Assembly (NCBI GenBank): GCA_037447605.1
Contig: CM074817.1
Coordinates: 2,294,001 to 2,358,000 of the forward strand
Origin: Zygnema circumcarinatum SAG 698-1b
Lineage: Eukaryota; Plantae; Zygnematophyceae
DNA length: 64,000 bases
Reading direction: 5' to 3'
Numbering within the stretch: the first letter of the stretch is position 1; each line of letters begins with the position of its first letter. Positions 24,866-38,909 of this stretch are shown piece after piece. The notes beneath the pieces were generated by a model, which was not told where the DNA came from, ran no database searches, and worked only from the letters and a program-made list of their open reading frames with translations. Position numbers and translations under genes: made by a program.

Positions 24866-25975
24866 GGCACTGTAGGTATGCACCTGTCCGCTAGCAGACA
24901 GACTTGTTGATTGACCATGCGTGCGGATATGACCTCCGACCGGCCAGCCGTACATGTTCGTACAGAAGTCTCCCACAACGGTCCGTACGCTCCCATAGCA
25001 CCGTGCTGGACGATAGTTGGCGAACAGCCTTCGCAACTGCGCGGAGGTGCGCTTCATGGAACCATTGCTCAAATGTCAACGGGCATTCCTTTCCATGTGT
25101 GTCGTTTCATGTTCGCCGTTTTAGTCGCCGATACGACATTTGACACGCTCTACTGTAGATGTGACCCGCCAGTTGCCCCGTGGAGAATCTTGTGGGTACA
25201 CGTGGCGGATTGTCATTGGTCGAGCTTGAGCAGGTGGAGTGACTCGAAAGACGAAAATAGATCCTTTGCGTCTTTAGTCAGTCACATTAGTCACTTTTGG
25301 CGTGACTTTCGGTTAACCACGTTGGTTTGAAGGTTGGCTACAGGGACAGGCCCAATTTTTTCGGACCCTGAGGGTTCAGGGCTGCAGGGAACCCAATCGA
25401 AACTTGGCCTACTTGTTATGGTGTTGGAAGCTCCCGCGAGACGAGGGTTCAGGGCTTCTCCATATCTTCGCTTGCGCTGAACCCTGATCCCGCGTTTGGA
25501 GCAAGTTGGGGTGAGCGGGCTCAGGGTTCATTTCGCAGCTTAAGGGTTTAGAGTTTTATGGTCCAGAATGACGGGTTTAGGGTTCAGGGTTCAGTACGTA
25601 GGAGATAGGGTTTGGTGTTTTCTAATTTAGGGGTAGATGGTTTTGAGTTTTAGGTTTGGGTTTCATGTGTGGGGATTTGAGGGTTCAGGGTTCAGGCAGC
25701 AGAGCTAGGGTTTAGGACTGTAAGTTTTTTCCTTGCTGCAAACCGAGCCAGAAACCTTACCAGCGCTTTTGTGGGGTGTTGGGTTGGGGTTTGATAGGGC
25801 GCAGAGAGGGATTTCCCCTCCTTTCACTCTCTCTCTCCCGCTCCCTCTCTCTTTCTCACTCACTCTCCCGCTCTTTCTCTCTCTCTCGCTCTCTCTCTAC
25901 ATTCTCCGTTCCTCTCTCCCACCCCCTTCCTTCCCTCCCTCCTTCCCTCTCTCTCTCACCTCCTCCCTCCCCCCC

Positions 25976-26221
25976 ATGCCTAAGGAAGGGAGCGGAGCAG
26001 CCATCGCTAAACCTTCCCAACGAAGAGAGCGCAGCTCCGATGAGCTCCGCTCCAAAGTGAGAATCGGCCCTACACCTCTCAGTACATCACTCTACAATGT
26101 TTCAAAGTATTAATTTGCATTTTAATGTGTTGCATGATTATGATAATAGGAACACTCGTAAGTCGTACTTTCCTTCTTTCAGAAGGAAAATGCGCTTTTA
26201 TTTGGTATTAGCTGTCCTTCT

Positions 26222-26276
<55 letters not shown>

Positions 26277-26286
26277 NNNNNNNNNN

Positions 26287-26334
<48 letters not shown>

Positions 26335-29300
26335 CTCGCACTCTCGCTTCCCTCCGTCTAGGGATGACTTTTTTTCCGCCCCATACTTTAGGGTTTTGGT
26401 GTTAGAGATCTCAGGGATGAATTTTGATGCAGCTTTTGTTCCTTTCCAGGGAACAGGATCGAGGGCTCAGAGCCGCCCTGCTGGGGAGGAATCTCCGCCT
26501 CGCTCGGAAGTAGAGAGAGGGAGGGAGAGGGAGAAGGAGGGGGAGAGGGAGAGGGAGAGGGTCAAGGGGTCAAGGGAGAATGGGGGACAGCAGGGTTCAG
26601 GGCAACCAAGATCAGAGAGAGAGATTCGGGAGAGGAGAGAGGGGAGAGAGAGGAGGGGAAGGCTCAAACGCTCTCCCTCGAATGACTCTGAACCCTCGTC
26701 CTCTTCCTCTACCTCTTCCTCTCTCTCGTCTTCTCCCTCTTCCTCTCCCTCCCCCTCTCCCTCTCCCTCTCGCTCTCCCTCTCCCTCTCCCTCTCCCTCG
26801 CCCTCTCCCTCTCCTTCTCGCTCGTCCTCTCCCTCTCCCTCAGAAGATGACAGAAAAGTGTCAAGGAAGCGGAGGCGAAGCCGAGCTGCTGACGTGGCAT
26901 CTCGTGATTCGTCGGACGACTCCCAGCCAAGGAAGAAATCGCGCCAGCTGGCAGCCTCGTCCCCGTCGACCAATGAGGAGGCGCCACCTGGCAGCCGGCC
27001 ATTGGAGAAGCGCCGAAGGGAGTCGAGTGGAAAATCGCATAAAAGGAGGAGAGGGAGAGAGAGCTCCGAAGAATTTGAGGAGAGGAGGTCCAGGTAGGGT
27101 TCAGGGCGGAGGGTTGTGGGGGGTTAGGGTTTAGAAGTCGGGACGTAGGGTTTAGGATGAAGGGTTTAGGGTCTATCGTAGATTCAGCTCGTGAAATTTC
27201 TCTGGGTTTCGGGTGTAGGTCTTATCGTTATCGAGTTTAGGGGTATAGGGTTAGGGTTAGGGTTTAGGGTTTAGGGTTTAGGGTTAGGGTTTAGGGTTTA
27301 TGGTTAGGGTTAGGGTTTAGGGTTAGGGTTTAGGATTAGGGTTTAGGGTAAGGTTTTGAGGTCTAGGTTCAGGGATTTGAGTTTAGGGATTTTAGGTTGC
27401 CAGGAGCTTTATGGTACGGGTTTGGGTTTTTGGGCTGTACGGCCCTCTAGGTTTTAGTGCTTTTTCGAATTTTTCTAGTTTTTAGGGTTCAAGGAGTTGA
27501 ATTTGGAATGGAGGGCTTACGGTGTTTAAGAAAAATTCGTATTCTGATCAAGTTTTATCTATGTCCCTGCCCCCCTCCCACCCCCCTTAACCCGTAAACC
27601 CTAGCCCCTAAAACCCTAACCGAGATTTTTTCCTATTGTCTGACAGGAAATTGCAACGGCGATCTTTGAAGAAAGTGGGCAGCAGTCGTTCGGAAACTAA
27701 AAAATCTGGAAAAGAAAAGCGGAATTCAGAACGGTCCAAAGGAAAAGCCGCCAAACGGAAACGGAATTCGAACGGTTCCATGAGCAGGTCCGCCTCTGAG
27801 GACGACTCTGACTCTGCCTCTGCAAGCGACGGAAAACAGCGAAAACGGCAGAAACGGAGAAAACGGTCACATGGAACGCCGGGATCGAAGGAGGAAAAAA
27901 GGAAAGGAAAAGCGTCGAAAAAGAGTAAACGGAAACGGAGCGAAAAAGGCGGACATGGAAGCGATGAGGGAGGAGGGGGAGAAGGGTGGGAGGGAGGGGT
28001 AAATCCGTTAAAGAAAGCTTCTCAGCCGATGGATGTATGTGTTTCTGCACGTCTCCTCCCTCTATGTCTCCCTCTCCCGCACTCTCTCTCTTGTGTCTCT
28101 CTCTCTCTCTCTTCCTCCCTCCCCCTAATCTCCCTCCCGCCAATCTCTCTCTCTCTCGTTTTCTTTCTCTCTCTCTTTCTTGCAGTCACTCTTTTTGTTC
28201 CTCCCTCTCCATAATCTCCCTACTGCCAATCTCCCGCTCTCACTCTCCCTACCCCTCTCTCCTTCTCTTCCTCTCCCCGGCCCTATCTCTCTCGCGGCCT
28301 CCCCTCATCTCCCTCTCTCTCACTCTCTCCCTCCCCCATCTCGCGCTCTCTCTCCCTTCCTCCCCCGACCTGTCCACAAGTCTAGGGTGTTTTGGATTCT
28401 ATATTTTCATAGAAACGTTTGCAAGCAGTGTTGAAGTTGCCGAGACACAAAGCTTTTGTAGATTCTGGAGGGCCAAAATTGAATATAAATGTACCAATAC
28501 TCAAAAGAAAAACCACAGTTTAGCTGCCTGAGCACAAAAAAAGTAATCGCAATCAACTATCACTTTTTTAATTTGGCAATTCATGGTTATGTGTGCAGGC
28601 ACTAATGTCAAAAATGGAGGAGCAGAAGGAGATGGTCCGAAGGAATGCAGAAATCGCTCGAGTGAGAGTCCATTTCTCTCACAAATGGCCCTATTTTTTT
28701 TTTCGATTATGTTATTTTTCCTTTCTTTATCAGTAGACCTTGCTATGCTTAAAAAAACTAGGGTTCAAACAGGAATGAAATGAATGAATGTGCAGGAATG
28801 AAATCATCCTAAACGTTGAGAAACTGAATCAGTTTGGAAGAACTTCTATCTCCTCTTTTTCTTCCTTCAAATATATTTTTTCCCTCCGAGGGTTTTGCAG
28901 GCTCGTCTGAACAGTGGAGAGCTGCAAAGGGCGAGAGATGAGCAGGCGGAGATGCATCGCCTTTATGGAACTGTTGACTGGAGGTCCTCTCTCTCCATCT
29001 CTCCCTCTTGCTCTCCCTCCGTCTCTCCCTCTCGCCCTCTCGCCCTCCCTCCGTCTCTCCCTCTCTCTTTCTCTCGCCCTCCCTCTTTCCCTCTCGCCCT
29101 CCCTCCCTCTCTCCCTCGCTCCTTCTAGCCCTCCCTCCGTCTCTGCCACTCTTTCTCTCGCCCTCCCTCTCTCCCTCTCTCCCTCTCTCCCTCTCGCTCT
29201 CCCACCCTTTCTCCCTCTCCCTCTCGCCCTCCCTCCCTCTCTCCCTCTCTCCCTCTCGCCCTCCCTCTCCCCCTCTTTCCCTCTCGCCCTCCCTACGTCT

Positions 29301-30366
29301 CTCCCTCTCGCCTCCCTCCCTTTCTCTCTCTTTCCCTGTCGCCCTCCCTCCCTCTCTCCCTCTCGCCCTCCCTCCCTCCCTCCCTCTCTCCCACTTTCCC
29401 TCACGCCCTCCCTCCCACTCTCCCTCTCTCCTCCCTCTCTCCCTCTCGCCCTCCCTCCCTCCCCCGTCTCTTTTCTCTCTCACGCATATGCTGCATACGC
29501 CATCCCCCAAAGAGCAGGAATTTGACTTGTTGGGGGCTCTGTTCGTCCTGCAGGGCGAAGAAGAAGCTCCGAACAGAGAAAAAGGTATGGAACCCTTCTT
29601 GCTTCATTTCTCTCCCTCCCTTCCTCTCTCTCTATTGTTCTCTCTCTCTCTCCCTCACTCCTCACATCACGCAATGCATGGCGGGGGGGTGCACAGAAAC
29701 TGGAGCAGAGCATCGCTGCCGGAAACAAATTGGCATCCCTTGAAGCTCGAGAAACGGCTCGAATGGACGCGTTCCGTGTCGCTGTAAGCCCGCATTCCGT
29801 TCCGTTCCGTTCCGTTCATTTCTATGCGTCAAAGCTAAAGCAAGGAAAGGCATTTTCCTTGTCTTGTCACAGTCGACGCGCTTCCCTTAACGACCAAACT
29901 TTAATTTCATTCATGTGTTCATTTATCGACCAGCAACCGAGGAAGCATTAGGGGCCTCCTCTCCTAAGCATCCTCTCTCTCTCTCTTTCCCCCTCTCCCT
30001 CCCTCCCCCTCTCCCTCCCACTCTCTCCCTCTCTCCCTCCCTCTCCCTCCCTCTCTCTCTCTCCCTCTCCCCCTCCCTCTCTATCTCTCTCTATCCCTCT
30101 CTCCCCCTCTCTCGCCCCTCTTGCGTTCTCTCAACTATTCCCAATGAACTGATTCCAGACATGAAACCATGTTTTTGTTGAACAATCCGTTGAACGGAGG
30201 ACACATGCAGATGGGTCTTCCGTCGGCCGAAGCGGAGCGGCAGGCGAAGTGGCGCATGGAGGCGGGGCGCGCCCTCAAGGAGGCGGAGGAGGCCGCGAGG
30301 GAGAGCGAGGCCCTGCAGCGCTCCGTGGCGAGGAAGGCCAAAATTGGGCCCAAAATTCCGAAGTAG
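25976..30366 (+). CDS. Ser/Arg/Lys-rich, probably nuclear protein with coiled-coil C-terminus, about 510 aa; exons 25976-26056, 26450-27093, 27647-28034, 28599-28661, 28901-28983, 29554-29584, 29697-29783, 30211-30366
   Basis: All phases consistent; SP/RS repeats, basic NLS-like runs, C-terminal KLEQSIAAGNKLASLEARETARMDAFRVAMGLP. Function (RNA processing) is inference. Confidence 0.8.
27251..27348 (+). repeat. Mixed TTAGGG/TTTAGGG interstitial telomeric array in intron 2 of the SR-like gene
   Basis: Seven TTAGGG, six TTTAGGG and two variant units interleaved. Confidence 0.9.
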
Positions 30367-31716
30367 TACTTCGCACATGTGACAGTTGGGGGTTTGTTGT
30401 ACAGCACGGCGGGGGGGGGGAGTATCCGTTTTGGGCACGATGGCCATGTTCTGTTATGAACATCTGTTCATCTGGCGGAAGAGGGGGGGATTGGTTGGAG
30501 TTGACTACGAGGGACGTGTGGAGGGGCAACGGGGAGGGAGAGAGAGAGGGAGAGAGAGAGAGGGGGGGAGAGGGGGGAGCTAGAGAGGAGTGGGAGTGGG
30601 AGTGGAGTAGTGTGTGCAATAGGAGGAATTCTTACCTTGTTGAAGGGTGTATGGGATTGGCTGAATTGTCTTCATTGTTCTTGAAGCCAATGAATTTTTT
30701 TTTGGTCGAAGAGAATAAAAGTTGGAGCTTGGTTTCGTATCACTGCGCTTCCGCCCCTCCGTTTGAACTCAACTTCATGAAAGGGACTCTATATGTAACC
30801 GCGTGTTCCGTGCTGTTATTATTTCAGTTACCGTTGAACGCAGTACTTGTACCAATGCGTGGGGTTTCTATGTGCGAACTGCGACCATGCGAACAGCATG
30901 TGCCCGTTCCATGTGCGCGTGATGTCGTTGCCGTTGTGTCACGTCAAGGGGATGAATTGAACACATTCCACAGCAAAGCGGGACTTGGCGCGCAGTGGAT
31001 CCCGCCGTGCGCGAGCATTCGTGGGTCCACGTGGATCCACTGGACAACCCGATCCACCTGGAAGATCTTTATTTTGTCGTGTACATCACGAGTATCGCCA
31101 AAACAAAAACCGTACGGGGTATTCGTACGGCACCGATATTTATCGTACGGACATTTGCAAAATCCTTCAGATTTCCTCCAATCGTACGGTTGATAGCTCC
31201 CTTGACAGAATCTTTGAGGTCTGTCTGCAAAACCCTGCAAAACCTAAGAACCCTAAACCCTAAAAGCCCATGCTCTCAAAGAAAAAAAAAAGTCTGAATT
31301 TGTTCAGACAATTGAGGGCGCAGCAATTCCGCGCCAAAGGTGCGAAAAATACAAAACCCTAAACTCGAAAACTGGAATTGGCGCATCCACGGAACCAGCC
31401 ACGTGGAGAGTGGCCACGATCCGCACGTCGCACCCAAATCACAAACAGCCAAAGCCCACAAACATCAGCAGTCAGATTCTGTCCCGATCCTGCGCGCCAG
31501 GTGGCGGATTCTATTTAGAATCTCAGCTTTGGAAGTAATCGCTTTGGCGGCCTTTGACCGTATCCACCACGTCATCAAATCTTAACTGACGAGTCCCACC
31601 GACTACAGGCATGCGCCACGTGGAGGCCCAGTTCCGAGGCCTGTCACGTCACTCCCGCCGGCGGAGCTTCCGTACGGTAAAAGCCGTACATTTCCGGCGG
31701 CCAGTCCATCAGGCGT

Positions 31717-31750
31717 TGTCGGTGGCCGACATTTTGTCGGTGCGTGTCGG
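31717..31750. promoter_or_regulatory. Cluster of four TGTCGG/CCGACA elements about 500 bp upstream of the expansin ATG
   Basis: TGTCGG 31717, CCGACA 31726, TGTCGG 31735, TGTCGG 31745. Motifs are seen directly; function is inferred. Confidence 0.5.
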
Positions 31751-32250
31751 CGCGGCGCCGGAGTCTGCCTCCCGATCGGCGCGCCTTCGGTGTACTGAGG
31801 GTAGAAAAGGGAGGGAGGGAGGAGGAGAGAGGGAGAGCGAGAGAGAGAGAGAGAGAGAGGGAGAGCGAGAGAGAGAGAGAGAGAGAGGGGGGGAGTGAGC
31901 GAGAGAGAGAGATAGAGAGGGAGAGAGCTGTGGAGCGAATAAGAGGAGTGATAGGAACGGCAGGAGGAAGACTTAAGGTGAGTACAGATTAAAGATTATG
32001 TTTTTGGGGATTGAAGAGGGTCAATTCTGAGAGGTGAGAGGGAGGGGATGAGAGGTACAGAAATAGGGAGAAAAATAAGAGAGCTGTTTTAATTAAAAAT
32101 TGAAACTTAACTTTAATCTTTGGAAATGAGTATCGATTTTACTTATACTTTGCGGTCTCTGTTGGCTGACTCGTGTTGCAGATTGACCTCTGTCCCGCCA
32201 TTCTATTCTCAGTTCCGTTTCAGTTTCAGCTTCAGTTCCGTTTCAGTAAA

Positions 32251-34371
<2,121 letters not shown>

Positions 34372-35688
34372 CTTTATCGAGGGGAATACGAGGGAATTTT
34401 TTTCAAAACGACGAGGCCGTTCAAGCCTCTTCCCTCCCAACCTGTTTACATGAACCCGCCGTTCAGTTCAACGGGTATCCGTCCCGTTGCATCAACGGTT
34501 GACCAAGATGGCGATTCACCAACGGACGGTTGAGATCCTCCAATGGCAAGCGCCATCTTGTTGTTGATCATGTTGTACTCTCACACTTGTACCATGTTTG
34601 TATCCTAGGGTTTGACCAAAGTTGACTTTCAGTAGGAGGGCTCCTTGCGGTTTGTTAGGATATGGGGCGGAAGTTCACTCACTGTTGAGTGGAACAATAA
34701 GCTATGTCAAAATTCGTCAGATGAAAGGCGGTCCTCGAAGAAGGAATAAGATGCTTAGGAGGTATAGGAGGGATTTAGGATTTTAGGCAGCAGAGGAAAG
34801 GAGAAGAGCCGCGTTGATTTGTAGGAGGGCTTCGCCCGATTGAAATAAAGCCCCTACTTTTCCTCCCCATTTGTTTTGTGAATCCATGCACGTGCTTGAC
34901 GACGCCTTTCCTTCGCCGGGAAGGGCTCCATGTCCCTGTCCTTTGTTCCGTTCAGCTCCGTTCCGTTTCGTTCCTGGGCCGTGAGTGGCCAGAGCTAGAA
35001 AAACTGCGCACAGCTTCCCGTAGTTCTATGGGGGAAGTTCTGGTCACATGCACCGTTGAGTAAACATCCGTCCAACGGCGAACTGCGAGCTCAGATTTTC
35101 GGTTCCTCCGACGGTCAACCGATGAATCTAAAATGTCCCGTCGGTTTTTTGTGACGTCATAATAGAATGAAAGTACCTGAAACCGTACACAGTATAACTT
35201 AAAATGACGCATTCCGACGGCTTTGGTCGTACGGTGGTTGAACGAGTCGACTATCAAGTTCAAGTGTTTGTCACCCACCCGCTGCTTACGTCAGCAATCC
35301 TCCTGCTCCCTCCCTCGTTTCCTTCAGAGAGCAGAGAATGGAGTCGCAGTGAAGAAATTTCTTCACGATTTGGAGCAGGCTGCAGCGCCGCCAATGCACG
35401 AAGAAACCCTAAAAATCCACTCACCTTGCTGATGCCAAAGATAGATGCCGGCAGCTCTCAGCGCATCCTCATCCGTGTAGGCCCGCGGGGCGCTCTGCAG
35501 CTGCAGCCCCGCCTCCGCCCTGCGCTTCAGTGCGGCGCTGGAGGGCCTCCCGCACTTCCCGCAAGCTCTGCGGCGCCGCGAAGCGTAGCAGCGGCTCCCC
35601 CGCCCTCCCGCGAGGAGAAGAATTTTTAGGGCTAGGGTTTGGAGGGGGGGTTAGGGCAGGGTTCAGAGAAAGCTTGAAGGGAGGGCCT

Positions 35689-37435
35689 ATGGCGGCTGCG
35701 CAGGTGCCGACGGATCTCGGCCCGCGGAACCTTCGTGCGTGCCTGCGCTGCGGCCTGCTCAAAACGTACGAACAGGTGGGGGAGAGGGAGAGGGAGTGGG
35801 AGAGGGAGAGGGAGAGGGAAAGGGGAGAGGGAGAGGGAGAAGGAGAGGGAGAGGGAGAGGGAGAGGAGAGGGAGAGTCGAGAGGGAGAGGGAGAATTAGA
35901 GGGAGAGGGAGAGGGAGAGGGCGAGGGAAGAGGGAGAGGGAGAAGGCGAGGGAGAGGGAGAGGGCGAGGGCGAGGGCGAGGGCGAGAGCGAGTTCGAGGG
36001 TGAGGGCGAGGGAGAGAGAGAGGGAGAGGAAGAGGGAGAGGGAGGGGGAGGAGAGTGTGGGGATGTGGGTGGGGGGAGGAGGCGTAGAGGGAGAAGGGAA
36101 GAGGGGTGGGGCGAGGAGGGGCGAGGGGGGAGGGGTGAGGAGATTGCAGAGCTGGAGAGAGGATTGAACAGAAACAGGGCAGGTGCGTGGAGGTGGGATA
36201 GTCGGGAAGTTGGAGCGGGAGAGGGAGGAGAAGTGGGACGGGAGGCAGATGCAGGCAGGAGGAGGGAGAAGGGAGAAGAAATTAGAGCTGGTTTTATTAT
36301 TCAGATTGTTTTGGATGCTTGTGTGAACTTGCAAGCAGGCTTTGCTTGTGTATCGAGCGCTCATTTGTAAACCTGCAACTGTTGGGCATTTTGCAGTTCA
36401 GAGACAAAGGATGTGAGAATTGCACTTTCTTCAAAATGGAGGGCGACAATGACAGGGTCCTAGAATGCACAACAAATAAATTCACTGGGTAAGGTGCTGT
36501 TTGTTTCAAGCGAGTGAGGAAGAGCAAGAGACAGTGGGTGAGAGAGGGAAGGGCCGTGGGAGAGGCAGGAGGGCGGATAGAGTAAGGTTTGGAGCTATTT
36601 CTTACTGTAAAAATTCCAGTTATAATACCATATAGAGTTTTTTTATTCACCGGAAAAGCAATGTACTATGCAGAGTTATTTCTTCCATGGATCCACAAAC
36701 CAGTTGGGCCGCTCGGTGGCTTAAAATAAGTGAGCACACTCCCCTTCACATGCTCAGTTCAGTTAGCTGTCAGTTTAACCTCATGCATGAAGCGGCAAAT
36801 TATCCCTTCCTTTCTTTCAATCCCAGAATCATATTTCTGAGTTTTCCGAAACCTTTCATATACAGCAATTTGTTGGAACTTGTTCCTCCTCTTGAATTAA
36901 ATCTATTCGTTTATGTTTCATTAGAGAAACGCTGGAGACCTCCCACTCTCTCTCCCTCTCCCTCCCTCCGTCCCTTCCTCCCTTCTCCCTCCCTCTCTAC
37001 TCTCCCTCTAACGTGGTACAATTATGTGTCCTATTCTCCAGGCCGCACTGTACCGGGGTGCTACGCTCTCTCTGTGTCGGGAGAGCTTTCAGGGGAGATG
37101 CAGGTGAGAGACTCTCCCTCATACATCGTACGATAAAAGAATTAGGTGTAGAGGGGTTTTCAGGGGTAATACACAAGGGTTAAACAGGTTGTAATACAGG
37201 GGTTTTAGGGTTTAGGATTCAAAACGTTGCGTAATGTAGCTTGACAGTATTGGTCCTGAAGGAGATCACGCCACGTGTCAGCTTTCCAGGGGCGACACGT
37301 GGAAGTTGGAACTCCGAACACTGAACCCTAGGGCTTTTTTAACCCTAAAGACTGAACCCTGAACGATGACGTCATGAATGTTGGATGCAGGGCGTGTGTG
37401 ACGACAACAATGTGCGGGCGGTGTTGCGCGGCTGA
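35689..37435 (+). CDS. SPT4: Transcription elongation factor SPT4, 113 aa; exons 35689-35775, 36397-36488, 36674-36729, 37042-37103, 37391-37435
   Basis: LRACLRCGLLKTYEQFRDKGCENC zinc ribbon, ECTTNKFTG, SWAARWLKI, PGCYALSVSGEL. Confidence 0.96.
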
Positions 37436-38909
37436 GCTCACTGTGGGGTTCAGGGAAGGGCAAGGGCTCGATTTCTATGTGGCAATTCCGTTGGGTTGGA
37501 ACGAGGCAGTGGTGTGGAACGGCTGTGTCTTGTTCTATGTGCAGTTCTCGTTCAGTTGTATTCATCTTCCGGAGCTTATAAGTAGCTCCATTTTTTTGTT
37601 TTTTTTACCTTCCAAGCTTTTGTAGCTTTTTGGAGCAACAAGTTGTGTTTGAGCTTCACGGGGAATGTGTCCATTTTCGACTGAAAGAGAATTGAGATAC
37701 ATTCGCATGGACTCAACAAGCCTTCTCATTGGTCCACCAGTTCCTTTTTAATTTTTTTACCTTTCCCCTTTAGTTCTTCACCCCAAGGAGAAGAGGGAGA
37801 GGGAGGCGAGGGAGAGGAAGGGGAGGGAGAGGGAGAGGAGAAGAGGGAGAGGAAGGAAATGAGGGAGAGGGAAAGGGAGAGGAAGGAGAGGGAGGAAATG
37901 AGGGGGAGGGAGAGGGAGGAAATGAGGGAGAGGGAGAGGGAGGGGGTTTGGAGTGGGAGAGAGGCTACCGCCTTCCGAAATCATGCGTTTTGGACTATTC
38001 GGGAATCGGAAATTCGGGGGCCAACGGCTCCATAATCGAAGTCAGCTTCATAGCGACCGAAGAGACCACCGTTTGACCTTCCCGCCCCTGTACGGCGACA
38101 ACGTAACCGGCGGTGACCGCCGGTTCCACCCGTTGCTGTCGGTGATCAATTTGGGAGGCTACAAGGTACATTTTGTCGAGGGTTTTTAGTGCAAAGTAAA
38201 GGATTTGGTCAAACGGCAAGTTTTCAAAATTTCGCAAATGTCGAAAGCAGTCATAACTTCGAAAAATTTCAACATGTTTTGAGTTTCCAAAAGCTGTTTA
38301 AAAACGTCCATGCCTCTGCCGAGCCTGAATTACGAAGGCCAGCCTTTTTGCAGAAATCTAAAACAAAAAAAAAACAATGTCGAAAATTATCTGTCGTCCT
38401 GCACCCGAACCCTTTTATTTGTTTCCTTTTTTGAAGTGTCATCGCTCAAGACCTCTAGCCTTAACCATGATTGACCCTAAGAGTGTGGTTCTAGGATTGT
38501 ACACTTAAACCCTGAGCTTAAACAACTCCTTCCGAATAAAGGGCTTCCTTCATTCCACGGTGAAGACATCATAGAGTCTCCCCTGGGTCTTTGGAGGGTT
38601 CAGACTCTAATGGAGTTTCAGGGTCTTAGAGGAGTGAATGCGACCACAATCCTCTCATAAACAATGGACGGGATGTAAGGATTTGTCTAAAACCCTTATA
38701 TTATGAAAGGGCTGACGTCATTGTAATAGAGCCTCTTCCAAAACCAGGTTTTTCCCCCCAAACTCCTTTTTTAATAACGAAGGGGCTCGAACCAGTCCTG
38801 GAGTACGGAAGCATCCTTACGGATTAACGGAGCTGTGTTACATGGACATGGTCACGAACAGGGATCGCCGCCTGGCGAGATAACGGGATCCGTGCATAGA
38901 ACCGTGATT

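Noticed and set aside
31580-31612. CTGACGA-GTC..GAC as a hammerhead ribozyme core (other CTGATGA/CTGACGA sites also checked)
   Set aside because: No GAAA after stem II and no stems I or III.
34450-35250. CAACGG/CCGTT clusters as MSA cell-cycle elements
   Set aside because: Not upstream of a recognisable G2/M gene; equally consistent with transposon subterminal motifs.
35255-35640. GC-rich segment with minus-strand donors (GTGAGT, GTAAGC), possibly a gene divergent from SPT4
   Set aside because: No consistent start, frame or recognisable product could be assembled.
37960-38170. Coding-looking GC-rich patch between SPT4 and GOS1
   Set aside because: Short open frames on both strands, no partner exons, no known motif.
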